64,000 nt of DNA from a virus (Duplodnaviria > Heunggongvirae > Uroviricota > Caudoviricetes), in IMG/VR virus record IMGVR_UViG_3300044984_001938, one strand, 5' to 3'. Within the stretch, counting starts at the first letter, position 1; every line of letters begins with the position of its first letter. Positions 19,299-27,695 of the stretch are shown piece after piece. Under the pieces are notes generated by a model, which worked only from the letters and a program-made list of their open reading frames with translations, ran no database searches and was not told the DNA's origin. Position numbers and translations under genes: made by a program.

Positions 19299-19325
19299 TT
19301 ACTCCAGCGGTCCACCAAAGTTAAT

Positions 19326-19402
19326 GTATCTCTAGTGTAATGGCAGCACACCGGCCTCCAAAGTCGGTCAGTCAGGGTTCGAGTCCTTGGGGGGGTACGC
19401 CA
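19326..19402 (+). tRNA. trnW: tRNA-Trp(CCA)
   Basis: CTCCAAA loop; CCA. Confidence 0.88.
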
Positions 19403-19410
19403 AAGTTTAT

Positions 19411-19489
19411 CTGTGTGTGAGAAAGTCTGGTTTAATCTACCCGCCTTGGAAGTGGGAAATCGCAGGTTCAAATCCTGCCACACAGACCA
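19411..19489 (+). tRNA. trnP: tRNA-Pro(UGG)
   Basis: CCCGC-CTTGGAA-GTGGG; CCA. Confidence 0.9.
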
Positions 19490-19496
19490 AAAATAT

Positions 19497-19571
19497 ATCT
19501 CTCAGGTGTAATGGGCTGCACATCGGTCTCCAAAACCGAAGGACAGGGATCGTAGCCCTGGGGGGATGCCA
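19497..19571 (+). tRNA. trnW: tRNA-Trp(CCA) #2
   Basis: TCGGT-CTCCAAA-ACCGA; CCA. Confidence 0.85.
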
Positions 19572-19656
19572 TAAAACTCGCCTTGATTGATGGCGTACAA
19601 TGAGATAAGTAGTCAATCACAAATTTCGGGGGATAACTGTTATCCTCCACCAAATT

Positions 19657-19715
19657 TAGGATGCTTCCAGCAAGAAAAACAAACTTTATTGAAAAAAAGC
19701 AAAACAGCATCCTGT
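19657..19715 (+). ncRNA. CAGCA-family RNA, copy 3
   Basis: AGGATGCT/AGCATCCT stem, then CAGCAA. Confidence 0.65.
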
Positions 19716-19720
19716 TAAAT

Positions 19721-19797
19721 GCGTGATTAGTTCAGCATGGAAGAACGCTACAGTGACATTGTAGAGGTCAAAAGTTCAAATCTTTTATCACGTACCA
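19721..19797 (+). tRNA. trnV: tRNA-Val(GAC)
   Basis: CTACA-GTGACAT-TGTAG; CCA. Confidence 0.9.
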
Positions 19798-19818
19798 AGA
19801 AAATAAGATAAATAATTA

Positions 19819-19894
19819 CGCGGTGTATGGAAGTGGTCATCCGCTTGGTCTCATAAGCCAAGAATCGCAGGTTCAAATCCTGCCATCGCAACCA
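19819..19894 (+). tRNA. trnM: initiator tRNA-fMet(CAU)
   Basis: C1:A72 mismatch; CTCATAA loop; CCA. Confidence 0.85.
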
Positions 19895-19938
19895 ATCAAC
19901 TTCTCAAGTTTCATTGAGGAATGTATAAAAGAAATTCT

Positions 19939-20012
19939 CTCGGTATGGTGAAATGGTATCACCCGACGTTTGGGACGTTGAAGCGTAGGTTCGATTCCTG
20001 CTACCGAGACCA
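19939..20012 (+). tRNA. trnP: tRNA-Pro(UGG) #2
   Basis: TTTGGGA loop; CCA. Confidence 0.9.
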
Positions 20013-20055
20013 ATCAATTACGGTATCCATAGTGTAAAGGTTCCACTAATTTTAT

Positions 20056-20130
20056 GTTGAGTATGGTGTAATGTTAGCACTTGTGTTTGTGGCACACACG
20101 GAGCGAGTTAGATTCTCGTTACTCGACCCA
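20056..20130 (+). tRNA. trnH: tRNA-His(GUG)
   Basis: G-1:C73; TGTGT-TTGTGGC-ACACA; CCA. Confidence 0.87.
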
Positions 20131-20163
20131 TCATGTTCGTTTACGATAATTACCCCCAAACAT

Positions 20164-20240
20164 GCCCTGGTAGACAAATTGGCAAAGTCAACGGTCTAAG
20201 AAGCCGTAATCTGCGAGTTCAAGTCTCGCCCAGGGCACCA
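20164..20240 (+). tRNA. trnL: tRNA-Leu(AAG), short variable arm
   Basis: ACGGT-CTAAGAA-GCCGT; CCA. Confidence 0.8.
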
Positions 20241-20249
20241 AAAGATTTT

Positions 20250-20364
20250 TAGGATGAGTACAGCAAAAGTAAACTTCTCTTACCATCGCCGAAAGGCACT
20301 CAAGAGGCCGGCCCGCTGGGGGCGTGTCGTGGGTTCGAGTCCCGGCTTAGACACAACATCCTGT
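20250..20364 (+). ncRNA. CAGCA-family RNA, copy 4 (contains a T-arm-like hairpin)
   Basis: AGGATG/CATCCT stem, CAGCAA, internal GGGTTCGAGTCCC. Confidence 0.6.
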
Positions 20365-20372
20365 TTTATTAT

Positions 20373-20451
20373 GCCCCGCTGGACAAATCTGGCAAAGTCG
20401 CTTCCTTCAAAAGGAAGATTGTTCTCGGTTCGAATCCGAGGCGGGGTACCA
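20373..20451 (+). tRNA. trnL: tRNA-Leu(CAA), short variable arm
   Basis: CTTCC-TTCAAAA-GGAAG; CCA. Confidence 0.85.
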
Positions 20452-20456
20452 GTTAT

Positions 20457-20548
20457 GGAAGATGATGCAGCGGGGATGGTCCTGCGACCGGCTTTGAATA
20501 CCGGGTTCTCAGAAATGGGATGGGGTTCGACTCCTCCGTCTTCCGCCA
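20457..20548 (+). tRNA. trnS: tRNA-Ser(UGA)
   Basis: Long variable arm, G73, CCA. Confidence 0.85.
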
Positions 20549-20909
20549 AAGTTTTGTAAGCTACATGGGTTGACCACAACGCCACGCGCCAAGGTAAGGT
20601 AGCTGAAGTGTAAGTAGCAGGTTTGGTCATGCTTACACACTAAAAAGTTTTGTAGTCTAGCGGTTAGCTAGGGTAAAGGCGTTGCGGGCTTAAATGTCGT
20701 TAAACATCGTAGCGCAACTTAATGATAATGTGTGCAGCCTACTACAAATTCAGTTTTGAGATAGACGATGTAGTAGAGTCCCTTGTGCGCTAGTGCCCTA
20801 TTTCTTGAGCATGACACCCCAGTAGCAACATAAGGTCGTATAAACTCCTACAACCGAGACAAGCCAGTGAGTCCTTAAGAAAGATAGTTGGTCTCTCAAA
20901 AACTCATAT

Positions 20910-20985
20910 CCCGACTAAGCTAACCTAGTGGAAGCGCCTGTCTGAAGAACAGGAGGGCTTGGAGCGTAACCAAGAGTCGGGACCA
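20910..20985 (+). tRNA. trnF: tRNA-Phe(GAA)
   Basis: CCTGT-CTGAAGA-ACAGG; CCA. Confidence 0.88.
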
Positions 20986-21098
20986 AAATAAAATTGTTTT
21001 AATATTGTTACTGCAAGGCCTAACTCGTTCAAATCAAGCTGTGTCTCATCTCTAAACGAGATAACAATAAAAATATAACATAATTAACATTTTACATT

Positions 21099-21734
21099 AT
21101 GCATAAATATAACATGCATACTATATCTCTTTTTTATAAAATGGCATTAATGTCATTGGATGAGGCACTCTCATTGGAGCACGTTGCATTACAGCTTAGT
21201 GATAATTCTGTAGTGGTTGAGGTTGGGTGTTTTATGGGCGGCAGTGCAGCAATAATAGCACATACAAATAAATCAATATCGGTGCATTCTTTTGATTTAT
21301 TCGAGGACGATACCCATACTGCCTATAGAGGCCCGAACCAGTATAAGTTATTTTCGCAACTTTTACAAGAAAAGAAGCCGGTTAGATCATTAGATAATGT
21401 GCGTAAAATCTTATCTTACAGTAATATTCATTTATATAAAGGTAGAAGTCCGGTTGATTTTGTAAATTGGGATACACCTATTGATATGTATTTTGAAGAT
21501 AGTTTACACACTAATCCGTCATTATCCATGAATATTAAGTTTTGGGAACCAAAACTTAAGGAAGGGGGGTATTTATTAATGCATGATTGCAGACCATTTC
21601 TTCCTAAGGATCACTTTCATAGATTTATTGATGTAGAATACGAAAGTGAAAAATTATTAGCTAACGGATATAAAAAAATATCACATGTTGGTGCTCTTTT
21701 GGTTTTACAAAAATGCATTTCGACGGTAAAGTAA
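21099..21734 (+). CDS. class I SAM methyltransferase (Methyltransf_24-like)
   Basis: VVEVGCFMGGS; IDMYFEDSLH; GGYLLMHD. Confidence 0.85.
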   Translation: MHKYNMHTISLFYKMALMSLDEALSLEHVALQLSDNSVVVEVGCFMGGSAAIIAHTNKSISVHSFDLFEDDTHTAYRGPNQYKLFSQLLQEKKPVRSLDNVRKILSYSNIHLYKGRSPVDFVNWDTPIDMYFEDSLHTNPSLSMNIKFWEPKLKEGGYLLMHDCRPFLPKDHFHRFIDVEYESEKLLANGYKKISHVGALLVLQKCISTVK

Positions 21735-22306
21735 AATTTCTATTAGATTTAGAATCAACTCAAGAATTTATCTCTTTGAGACATTGTATATTAAATTTTG
21801 AATGGCAAAAACATAGTAATCTATTCAATATAGCTGATATTGCATTTAAGAATTCCGGGGTAATTCAATTTAATTATAATAAATTAATGAGGCACATTAG
21901 ACCACAACCTGTCTATGTGAAAGACATTAATACATTAATTGATGTTGCTATGCCGGTTGTAGAAAACATCAAATCTATATTTCCGAAACATAATGTATTA
22001 AAATCACATTTTGTAGCACTTAACCCCAGCGGAAGACAATACCCCCACATAGACAGTATATATTACCATAATTTTTGCACTAGACTAGTGATACCTATAA
22101 CAGGTAACGATAAGTGTGTATCTTTTATAGGAAATGAGGAATTTAATTTATCCATCGGGCAATTGTATGAGATTAATAATAAATTAATACATTATAGTGA
22201 AAATTTAGGTAACAGTATTAGAACATATATGTTTGTAGACATATATGATGAAGGAAAGGCCTATTCATTGAATGGGCATTACAAATATTCGGGATTAGTG
22301 TTGTAA
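21713..22306 (+). CDS. AspH-like hydroxylase
   Basis: PHIDSIYYH...RLVIPI...YEINNKLIH. Confidence 0.75.
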   Translation: MHFDGKVKFLLDLESTQEFISLRHCILNFEWQKHSNLFNIADIAFKNSGVIQFNYNKLMRHIRPQPVYVKDINTLIDVAMPVVENIKSIFPKHNVLKSHFVALNPSGRQYPHIDSIYYHNFCTRLVIPITGNDKCVSFIGNEEFNLSIGQLYEINNKLIHYSENLGNSIRTYMFVDIYDEGKAYSLNGHYKYSGLVL

Positions 22307-22375
22307 AAGTTTCATTGAACAATTGAAACATTAGAAGGGTTGAGTTCAAATCCAACCTATGGTACCAAATTATTT

Positions 22376-22436
22376 CTCGCTATAGTTCAACTGGATAGAA
22401 CAATTTTCTCCTAAGGAATAGATGATAGTTCAAGTC
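22376..22436 (+). pseudogene. 5' part of split tRNA-Arg(CCU)
   Basis: Acceptor 5' strand, D-arm, anticodon arm with CCT, and T-stem 5' strand. Confidence 0.8.
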
Positions 22437-22455
22437 AACATTTAATAAATAATGT

Positions 22456-23115
22456 ATGAGATATAATTTATTAATACCCGGTTGGATGTCTGTTGTTGAC
22501 TTAGAGATACTTAACCGGCTTGCTAGTTATGTTCCTGAAAACGGAAGCATTTTGGAAGTTGGTTGTTTTGTAGGCAGGTCCACATCTGCATTATTTTCAG
22601 GAAAACCTGCTAGTGCAACTTTAGAAGTGGTAGACACATTTGACGTTAGTAATCCATATGGATTACACATTTCTGATAATAATATTAAAGGTAGTCAATA
22701 TTACAAAAACAAAATTAAAGAAATAGCTAAAAATACAGGGAGTTGGGAAGAATCATTTCGGTTTTGTTTAACCCCAGAAGTTGCAGATCACATACAGATA
22801 TCAGTTGCATCAAGTTTGGAATATAATTTAACAAAACAATTTGATATGGTTTTTATAGATGCAAATCATGCGGTTAATCATGTATTACATGATATCAAGA
22901 AATTTGCATCTAAAAATACATTATTAGTGGGAGACGATTTTTCCAAAACTTATTTAGGAGTTGCTGAAGCATTAGCACTAGTTCATTTTGAAATACCTAG
23001 CACACTTATTGCTCCGTCAAATTCTAAAATTTGGATCATGGTTCCCGAGGCAGGGTACTGGAATAATTTGTTCCTAACAGTGCCCGGATTGCTAGTTATA
23101 CAAGTTACTGTCTAA
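22456..23115 (+). CDS. class I SAM methyltransferase (Methyltransf_24-like)
   Basis: ILEVGCFVGRST; FDMVFIDANH; VGDDF. Confidence 0.85.
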   Translation: MRYNLLIPGWMSVVDLEILNRLASYVPENGSILEVGCFVGRSTSALFSGKPASATLEVVDTFDVSNPYGLHISDNNIKGSQYYKNKIKEIAKNTGSWEESFRFCLTPEVADHIQISVASSLEYNLTKQFDMVFIDANHAVNHVLHDIKKFASKNTLLVGDDFSKTYLGVAEALALVHFEIPSTLIAPSNSKIWIMVPEAGYWNNLFLTVPGLLVIQVTV

Positions 23116-23188
23116 AAACACTGGACTTAACTGTACCCAAACATGATTTGATAACCGAATAGTACCGGGCTAAAAAGCCGGGTTCTGC

Positions 23189-23213
23189 GAGTTCAAATCT
23201 ATCTAGTGAGACC
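23189..23213 (+). pseudogene. 3' part of split tRNA-Arg(CCU)
   Basis: AGTTCAAAT-CTATC-TAGTGAG-ACCA complements the 5' part. Confidence 0.8.
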
Positions 23214-23276
23214 AACACCAATCTAGATTTTAGTTTGGTTGACACAAAATACTAATTGTAGTATAATAAACATTAT

Positions 23277-23348
23277 GAGCCTTTGGTGCAATGGATAGCA
23301 TACAAGTTTCCGATACTTGAGATGCAAGTTCAATTCTTGCAAGGCTCT
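23277..23348 (+). tRNA. trnR: tRNA-Arg(CCG), no encoded CCA
   Basis: CAAGT-TTCCGAT-ACTTG. Confidence 0.8.
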
Positions 23349-23384
23349 CAGGGGGTAAATACAACGACAGAAAAGGAGTTTAAC

Positions 23385-23945
23385 ATGGCTGTTTTAGCAT
23401 TGGACATTTCAGGGATCCCAAGACAATGGATCTCACACGATGAAGCAATTACATACCATGCCAAAGGTGCGGTAGCATGGAGCATGGGTGAAATTGTTGC
23501 TAAGTATCACGGTGGTGTTCAAAACTCCGGTGATCAAAGCTATCTTGAAACTGCTAGTATTATTGCTGTTAAAGGTCACGGATTCAATCCATACAAACAT
23601 GCTACTGTGGCATTGACTAACAAAACCTTGTTTGGACGGGACCGGCAAGTGTGTGCGTATTGTGGCAAACATCATGCCAACACTCATCACTTAAGCAGGG
23701 ACCATATTGTCCCTAAATTTTTAGGTGGCTACAATGTTTGGGAAAATGTAGTGACTGCATGTAAAGTTTGTAATAGTAAGAAAGGTCATAAGACATTGAA
23801 GGAATCTCGTATGGAACTATTATATGTTCCGTATATCCCTTCTCATCACGAAAACATGATTTTACAACATCGTAATATCTTAGTGGATCAAATGGATTAC
23901 TTGTTAGCAGGTGTTCCAAAACATTCTAGAATTTGGCAGACTTAG
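23385..23945 (+). CDS. HNH endonuclease (McrA/HNH_5-like)
   Basis: RDRQVCAYCG...SRDHIVP...NVVTACKVCNSKKG; start re-placed after RBS AAGGAG. Confidence 0.9.
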   Translation: MAVLALDISGIPRQWISHDEAITYHAKGAVAWSMGEIVAKYHGGVQNSGDQSYLETASIIAVKGHGFNPYKHATVALTNKTLFGRDRQVCAYCGKHHANTHHLSRDHIVPKFLGGYNVWENVVTACKVCNSKKGHKTLKESRMELLYVPYIPSHHENMILQHRNILVDQMDYLLAGVPKHSRIWQT

Positions 23946-24023
23946 ATTGACATAAAAATCAAGCTAGTGTAGAATTCATATTAAATAAAGATAGCAGTAA
24001 GTAACGACATTGCTATTGAAATT

Positions 24024-24099
24024 GCCGATTTAGCTCATTTGGTAGAGCGCCGCTCTTGTAAGGCGGATGTGGTCAGTTCGAATCCGACAATCGGCACCA
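24024..24099 (+). tRNA. trnT: tRNA-Thr(UGU) #2
   Basis: CCGCT-CTTGTAA-GGCGG; CCA. Confidence 0.92.
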
Positions 24100-24226
24100 A
24101 ATTTTAGCAGTAACTTATACAGTATATAATGTAGAAAGTTATGTAGGCAACATCCAAACAGGCACGGGTTGCATTAACCTACGACAACGACGGATACGGT
24201 CTTGCCAAATTTTTAATGGAGCATTT

Positions 24227-24421
24227 ATGTTAATTAGTAATTCAGCAGGTTATAAAGTATTTTGCGAAACCAATCTCATTGATGTCCTTCCGGGCCACTA
24301 CCATGTTCGGATGTATTCAACAGATGAACATGCCAAAGAACCTGGTAAACAACAACCTAAATTTAATATGATTATGTCTCTGGCGGATTTAGAACAATTC
24401 AGACAATCGCTAACCGTCTAA
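24227..24421 (+). CDS. hypothetical protein
   Basis: 64-aa ORF with RBS GGAG. Confidence 0.6.
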   Translation: MLISNSAGYKVFCETNLIDVLPGHYHVRMYSTDEHAKEPGKQQPKFNMIMSLADLEQFRQSLTV

Positions 24422-24471
24422 AACTTGACACTAAATCACTTGTATGATATACTGTCAGTAGTGAAAATCAT

Positions 24472-24546
24472 CTGGCGTTCGTTCAACGGATAGGACATGA
24501 TTCTTCTAAAGTCATTATAGAGGTTCGATTCCTCTACGCCGGACCA
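24472..24546 (+). tRNA. trnR: tRNA-Arg(UCU)
   Basis: CTTCTAA loop; CCA; sigma70-like promoter upstream. Confidence 0.88.
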
Positions 24547-24563
24547 TAATAAAAGGAAATTAA

Positions 24564-25310
24564 ATGATAGATTCAAAACATAATTTTATCCCAGCCGTGA
24601 TTAATGGTATTAATGGAATGCCTTTTGTAGATTTTACTGCTTCATGCAATTTTGATTTTGAAAAAATGAATGAGGAAATTTGCATAGCACTTGCTACTAC
24701 GAATCTTGATAAATTTCCAATGGTTGGTGGAGGTATACCTCCTAAACTTAGAGAAAGAGAAATTGATGCTGAGTTTGAATTATCAATTTTAGCTAATTAT
24801 GCAGGAGACAAAAGTGTGTTTACTAACATGTCTCCGATGGAAAAAAGAAAATATTTATTTTTTAAACATAAAAGTTTAATACCTTGGTATTTCATTTTAG
24901 ATTTAAAACCAAATTGGTTTAGAACTAAAACTCAAGATTTATATCCTTGGGCTGATATAATTGAAAAGTTTCCATACACTAAAAAATGTATTGAACAATT
25001 GCCATTTAAGGAAATTGGTAGGGTGGTCATATATGGCTCTTGGCCTGAAGCAAGAGTCCCGTGTCATAGAGATCAACCGATGTACGAGGGTTTTGATCAT
25101 CATATTAATTTTAATCCCGGTGGATATAGATCGGTATTCATATATGATTCTTTAAATGACAATAAGATATTTTTACCTAAAGATTACAAATTATATGCTT
25201 ATAATACTTCGGATTATCATGGAGTAGATCCTTTACCTCACTTCTCATATACTATTAGAGTGGACGGGAAGTATAGTGATGCAGGATTAGAACTTATTCC
25301 AAAAGGTTGA
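24564..25310 (+). CDS. putative 2OG-Fe(II)/cupin oxygenase
   Basis: VPCHRD...YHGVD. Confidence 0.6.
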   Translation: MIDSKHNFIPAVINGINGMPFVDFTASCNFDFEKMNEEICIALATTNLDKFPMVGGGIPPKLREREIDAEFELSILANYAGDKSVFTNMSPMEKRKYLFFKHKSLIPWYFILDLKPNWFRTKTQDLYPWADIIEKFPYTKKCIEQLPFKEIGRVVIYGSWPEARVPCHRDQPMYEGFDHHINFNPGGYRSVFIYDSLNDNKIFLPKDYKLYAYNTSDYHGVDPLPHFSYTIRVDGKYSDAGLELIPKG

Positions 25311-25431
25311 CAATAAATGGTGTTTAGTATATAATACATACTTAGATTGATTGAATAGTTCTTGGAAACGGTAGCTTAATGCTAGTAGACACAAAAAGTT
25401 CTTGACAATTAATCTAAACGGTGTTATAATA
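25307..25431 (+). promoter_or_regulatory. two sigma70 promoters
   Basis: Two TTGACA-17-TATAAT matches. Confidence 0.8.
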
Positions 25432-25688
25432 GACACATAGCAGAAAATGATAGAGTTATCTGCAACAAGATCATTAAAAAATTAATTATGTAATTTCTCG
25501 CTAAGACAACATCAAGCACGATTTTGTTGCAAGGTGATAACAGTCCGCAATCTTGTGAAAGACAGCGTAGCGAAAAGTTATATATAAGCTCTAGTGTAAA
25601 TGAGCACCCGCCCCTAGTACTAGTCTGGAATCAAGGGTGTAGAACACGCAGCCCACAAGGCAGATGCAAGTGAGTTTATATATAACAT

Positions 25689-25774
25689 GGATGCTTATAC
25701 CGTTAAGGAGACGGTTCCGGCTGTAACCCGGACGCCGCGAGGCTCTGATGGATCGTTACCATCAGCATTCACCA
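25689..25774 (+). tRNA. trnY: tRNA-Tyr(GUA) #2
   Basis: CTGTAAC loop; long variable arm; CCA. Confidence 0.87.
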
Positions 25775-25904
25775 GATTTCGGAGACTGAAACTTATCAGT
25801 TGTTTATCCCCCGCGAGCCGGCGGCAAAGGTAATCAAAGATAAGCGAATAATGTGGACGGCACAAGAGGCATCCCTTTTGTGTAGGCTGTCTCCAATTTT
25901 TATT

Positions 25905-25982
25905 GCTTCGTTAGCATAGCTGGCCTAATGCGCTACCCTGTCACGGTAGAGATCAGGGGTTCAAATCCCCTACGAGGCGCCA
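25905..25982 (+). tRNA. trnD: tRNA-Asp(GUC)
   Basis: CTACC-CTGTCAC-GGTAG; CCA. Confidence 0.92.
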
Positions 25983-26389
25983 AAGAGCAGCGGATAAGTT
26001 ACATTATCCAGTATGAGTCATCGGGGTATCCTGCAGAAAATCCCTGGGACGAGCAATAGTACAATCATGCAATGTAACAGGAGAGCAGTGATCTGCTTCA
26101 CGGGGAATCCTCACAGAATGTCCTCTACCATATAAAAACACACTAGCCGGCAACCTGAATCAGAACGGCTCTGCTATAATAGGCAGCGTATACAAGTCAG
26201 TGTGTTTCTATATGGTATCATAGTTCAACAGATTACTCAACAGTATCTTACTCTCAGGGTGGTGACTGAGCAACAGACGCTGCACAGAGGAATATAATAG
26301 TTTCCCGCACTAGGGTCGTTCTAGTCTGTTGAACTATGGTCTCATAAGGAGTAATTACCCTTAACCATACTCGGGAGTCATGACCTGAG

Positions 26390-26473
26390 GAACTCGCGGT
26401 CTTCTAATGGCTAGGAAAAACCCGTTATTGGGTTTAATGCAGGTTTCGAAATCCTGCCCGCACGAGTTCGCCA
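26390..26473 (+). ncRNA. non-canonical tRNA-like RNA with extended acceptor stem
   Basis: GAACTCG-CGG / CCG-CA-CGAGTTC-GCCA; D-, anticodon- and T-like arms. Confidence 0.5.
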
Positions 26474-26564
26474 TATAAAAACATCTTATTAATCGTCACG
26501 GAGGCAGGCATGCTGGAGGCGTAATCGGGGATAAGATGTTTCTATATGGTAATTATCAAAAAAG

Positions 26565-26795
26565 TTTTGTAAGTGTCAGCAAGAGAAAGTCACGCTATAC
26601 TGTATTCTTCGAAGGTACTTTATAGTAGAAGGCAAATGGGTTCGATCCCCACCCGGGCACATAGTGTCCGAGGTAGAAAGGTCTATACGCTAGACTAGTA
26701 TCCCAAGTGACATGCCCTGGAAAACCTCGGTGTGAATTGCTAGCGTTGCACATCTAAATAATAGGAACTAACCTGAGGGTCCTATGCTTACAAAT
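26565..26795 (+). ncRNA. long CAGCA-family RNA (variant closing stem)
   Basis: TTTGTAAG/CTTACAAA stem, 3 nt, CAGCAA; internal GGTTCGATCC. Confidence 0.55.
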
Positions 26796-26804
26796 TCAAT
26801 ATAT

Positions 26805-26879
26805 GCGGGATTGGTGTAGTGGTAGCACAGTAGATTTCCATTCTTCTAGTAACGGTTCGACTTCCGTTATCCCGCTCCA
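26805..26879 (+). tRNA. trnG: tRNA-Gly(UCC)
   Basis: TTTCCAT loop; U73; CCA. Confidence 0.85.
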
Positions 26880-27145
26880 AGTTTATTCAAAATGTTCATT
26901 GCTCGTGTTCTTAGTCGGTTTGTGAATTCACTTTCCGATAAGACACCCTTAGCAAGATTACATTTTCTGCAAGTTACTTGTAGATTATCGTATGTAGTTG
27001 GACCTCCTTTTGATTCTGGGATAACATGATCCATGTGTATCTCAGCATCACGCAGGTCCTCATCACAAAAAACACAATAATAGCCATCTCGTTCTAATAC
27101 TCTACGGCGTAGATGTAATGGAATACGGGCTTTGTTCTGTAACAT
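26867..27145 (-). CDS. small HNH endonuclease
   Basis: RDGYYCVFC...HMDHVIP..GG.T..DNLQVTCRKCNLAKG. Confidence 0.92.
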   Translation of the reverse strand: MLQNKARIPLHLRRRVLERDGYYCVFCDEDLRDAEIHMDHVIPESKGGPTTYDNLQVTCRKCNLAKGVLSESEFTNRLRTRAMNILNKLGAG

Positions 27146-27227
27146 AACATTATTTATATAATGGTCAAGCTGATACTAAATTAGTTTGACAACAATTACT
27201 ATTTGATATATAATAGTAACAAGATTT

Positions 27228-27312
27228 GCGACTGTGGTGAAATAGGTAGACACAAGAGACTTAAAATCTCTCGCTTAACCGCGTGCCGGTTCGATTCCGG
27301 CCAGTCGCACCA
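27228..27312 (+). tRNA. trnL: tRNA-Leu(UAA)
   Basis: CTTAAAA loop; long variable arm; CCA. Confidence 0.92.
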
Positions 27313-27321
27313 AGAATGAAT

Positions 27322-27398
27322 GCCCCTTTAATTAAATCAGGTTATAATGCCGGCCTCATAAGCCGTTTTTCTGGGTTCAAATCCCGGCGGGGGTACCA
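27322..27398 (+). tRNA. tRNA-Met or Ile2 (CAU)
   Basis: CTCATAA loop; CCA. Confidence 0.75.
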
Positions 27399-27406
27399 TG
27401 TATTTT

Positions 27407-27498
27407 GGAGATGTGGCCGAGTGGTCTAAGGCAGCAGGTTGCTAACCTGTCGTGTCAAGTAATTGGCACCGTGAGTTCAAATCTCACCGTCTCCGCCA
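27407..27498 (+). tRNA. trnS: tRNA-Ser(GCU)
   Basis: TTGCTAA loop; long variable arm; CCA. Confidence 0.92.
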
Positions 27499-27528
27499 AG
27501 AGTATGTAGTTTTTAACAAGGAAACAAA

Positions 27529-27690
27529 ATGAAACCCAGTAAGACATTTAAGTTAACAAAGCGCACGAAAACAATTCGTGCATTGATTGGATTTAAGGAT
27601 ATGGATCAAAGTCATGCATTCAAGCGCATGATGATTCAAGCGCAATTGGCCAGTGAAACTCGCCCTGCCAGAGAAAAGTCTGATAAATAA
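27529..27690 (+). CDS. 53-aa basic hypothetical protein
   Basis: AAGGA RBS; MKPSKTFKLTKRTK...EKSDK*. Confidence 0.65.
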   Translation: MKPSKTFKLTKRTKTIRALIGFKDMDQSHAFKRMMIQAQLASETRPAREKSDK

Positions 27691-27695
27691 TATAT

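Noticed and set aside
19288-19318. tRNA-like 3' remnants flanking the HNH gene (also 18405-18421, 20022-20047 and 22336-22366)
   Set aside because: I could not pair them into a complete split tRNA, so they are treated as decayed fragments
19575-19652. Possible tmRNA
   Set aside because: Only an Ala-type acceptor stem; no T-arm, tag ORF or permuted arrangement is visible
16685-20630. Many 60-116-aa ORFs (16685, 16712, 17044, 17571, 19295, 19387, 19468, 20254, 20280)
   Set aside because: They are sense or antisense read-throughs of tRNA genes and have no RBS
23283-23384. N-terminal extensions of the ORFs at 23283 and 29696
   Set aside because: They overlap tRNA genes; downstream ATGs (23385 with RBS, and 29753) fit better
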